From contig CBDANO010000005.1 of NCBI GenBank assembly GCA_965197665.1, forward strand, positions 757,293 through 821,292: DNA of 64,000 nt. The letters are read 5' to 3'. Shown here one piece after another: positions 63,828 to 64,000 of this stretch. A program made the translations under genes and the position numbers. The stretch comes from Dehalococcoidia bacterium. GTDB lineage: Bacteria; Chloroflexota; Dehalococcoidia; Lucifugimonadales; UBA3495. The notes under the pieces are model-generated. The model saw nothing but the letters and a program-made list of their open reading frames with translations. It did no database searches and was not told where the DNA came from. Position 1 is the first letter of the stretch. Each line of letters begins with the position of its first letter.

Positions 63828-64000
63828 TTACCAAATGTCGTCGTGGTCGAACACTCTATGATCGTTTCTCCAAACCTCTAAGAGTTCACAGCGACTTAAG
63901 AGTAGGCCAGACTTAGAAGCCGAAAATACTTTGCCTTTCACCACGACTATGTCACCGACTTCAATGAGCTTGTTGAGATAGTGCCAATCCGCTTCATGGA
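63828..64000 (-). CDS. 3' end of an unidentified ORF running off the window
   Basis: Own translation of the minus strand: ...ADWHYLNKLIEVGDIVVVKGKVFSASKSGLLLSRCELLEVWRNDHRVFDHDDIW, stop TAA at 63828..63830. Lower GC than the surroundings. Confidence 0.3.
   Translation of the reverse strand, partial: HEADWHYLNKLIEVGDIVVVKGKVFSASKSGLLLSRCELLEVWRNDHRVFDHDDIW

Overview
High-GC (roughly 60%) bacterial chromosomal segment. Gene content suggests a Chloroflexota- or Actinomycetota-like lineage: DUF5679 mini-protein, DUF3090/SCO1664 pair, Gram-positive-type LexA box, LLM oxidoreductase. Taxonomy cannot be fixed from this window. No rRNA, tRNA or CRISPR array was seen. Layout: (i) 1-6.6 kb, accessory cluster of exported eukaryotic-like and adhesion-type proteins: an FN3/CARDB repeat protein with a scrambled repeat, three ankyrin-repeat proteins, a VWA lipoprotein, and an IS630 element with an A7 frameshift site. 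(ii) 6.7-14.6 kb, complete eight-gene MoxR/DUF58/BatA-E aerotolerance-type operon on the minus strand. (iii) 15-26.8 kb, heavily decayed mobile island: IS21 istB relic, an ISNCY-like IS plus a truncated second copy, a DNA methyltransferase fragment bracketed by two copies of a 70-nt perfect-stem hairpin element, an IS6-like transposase homolog that appears to lack two catalytic acids, a frameshifted PAPS-reductase-like gene, and a large serine recombinase. The recombinase stop codon lies inside the 3' third of a truncated comM/yifB gene; the 5' part of comM is absent from the window. (iv) 27.4-63.2 kb, core genes: DUF3090/SCO1664 pair, ychF, DUF362, UbiA prenyltransferase, Rrf2-ThiF/MoeB-cysteine synthase cluster, nusA-ylxR-infB-rbfA-truB, lexA, rpsT, gyrB, GT2, RidA, thiolase+DUF35, LLM oxidoreductase, pyk, gltBD. 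The observations most worth follow-up are the comM-disrupting island and its junction, the 70-nt hairpin pair, the possibly inactivated IS6-like protein, the two lipoproteins sharing an N-terminal module with different C-terminal domains, a terminator-containing leader upstream of thiF-cysteine synthase, and a triple direct repeat upstream of gltBD. All functional calls rest on by-eye motif recognition and need HMM or BLAST confirmation.
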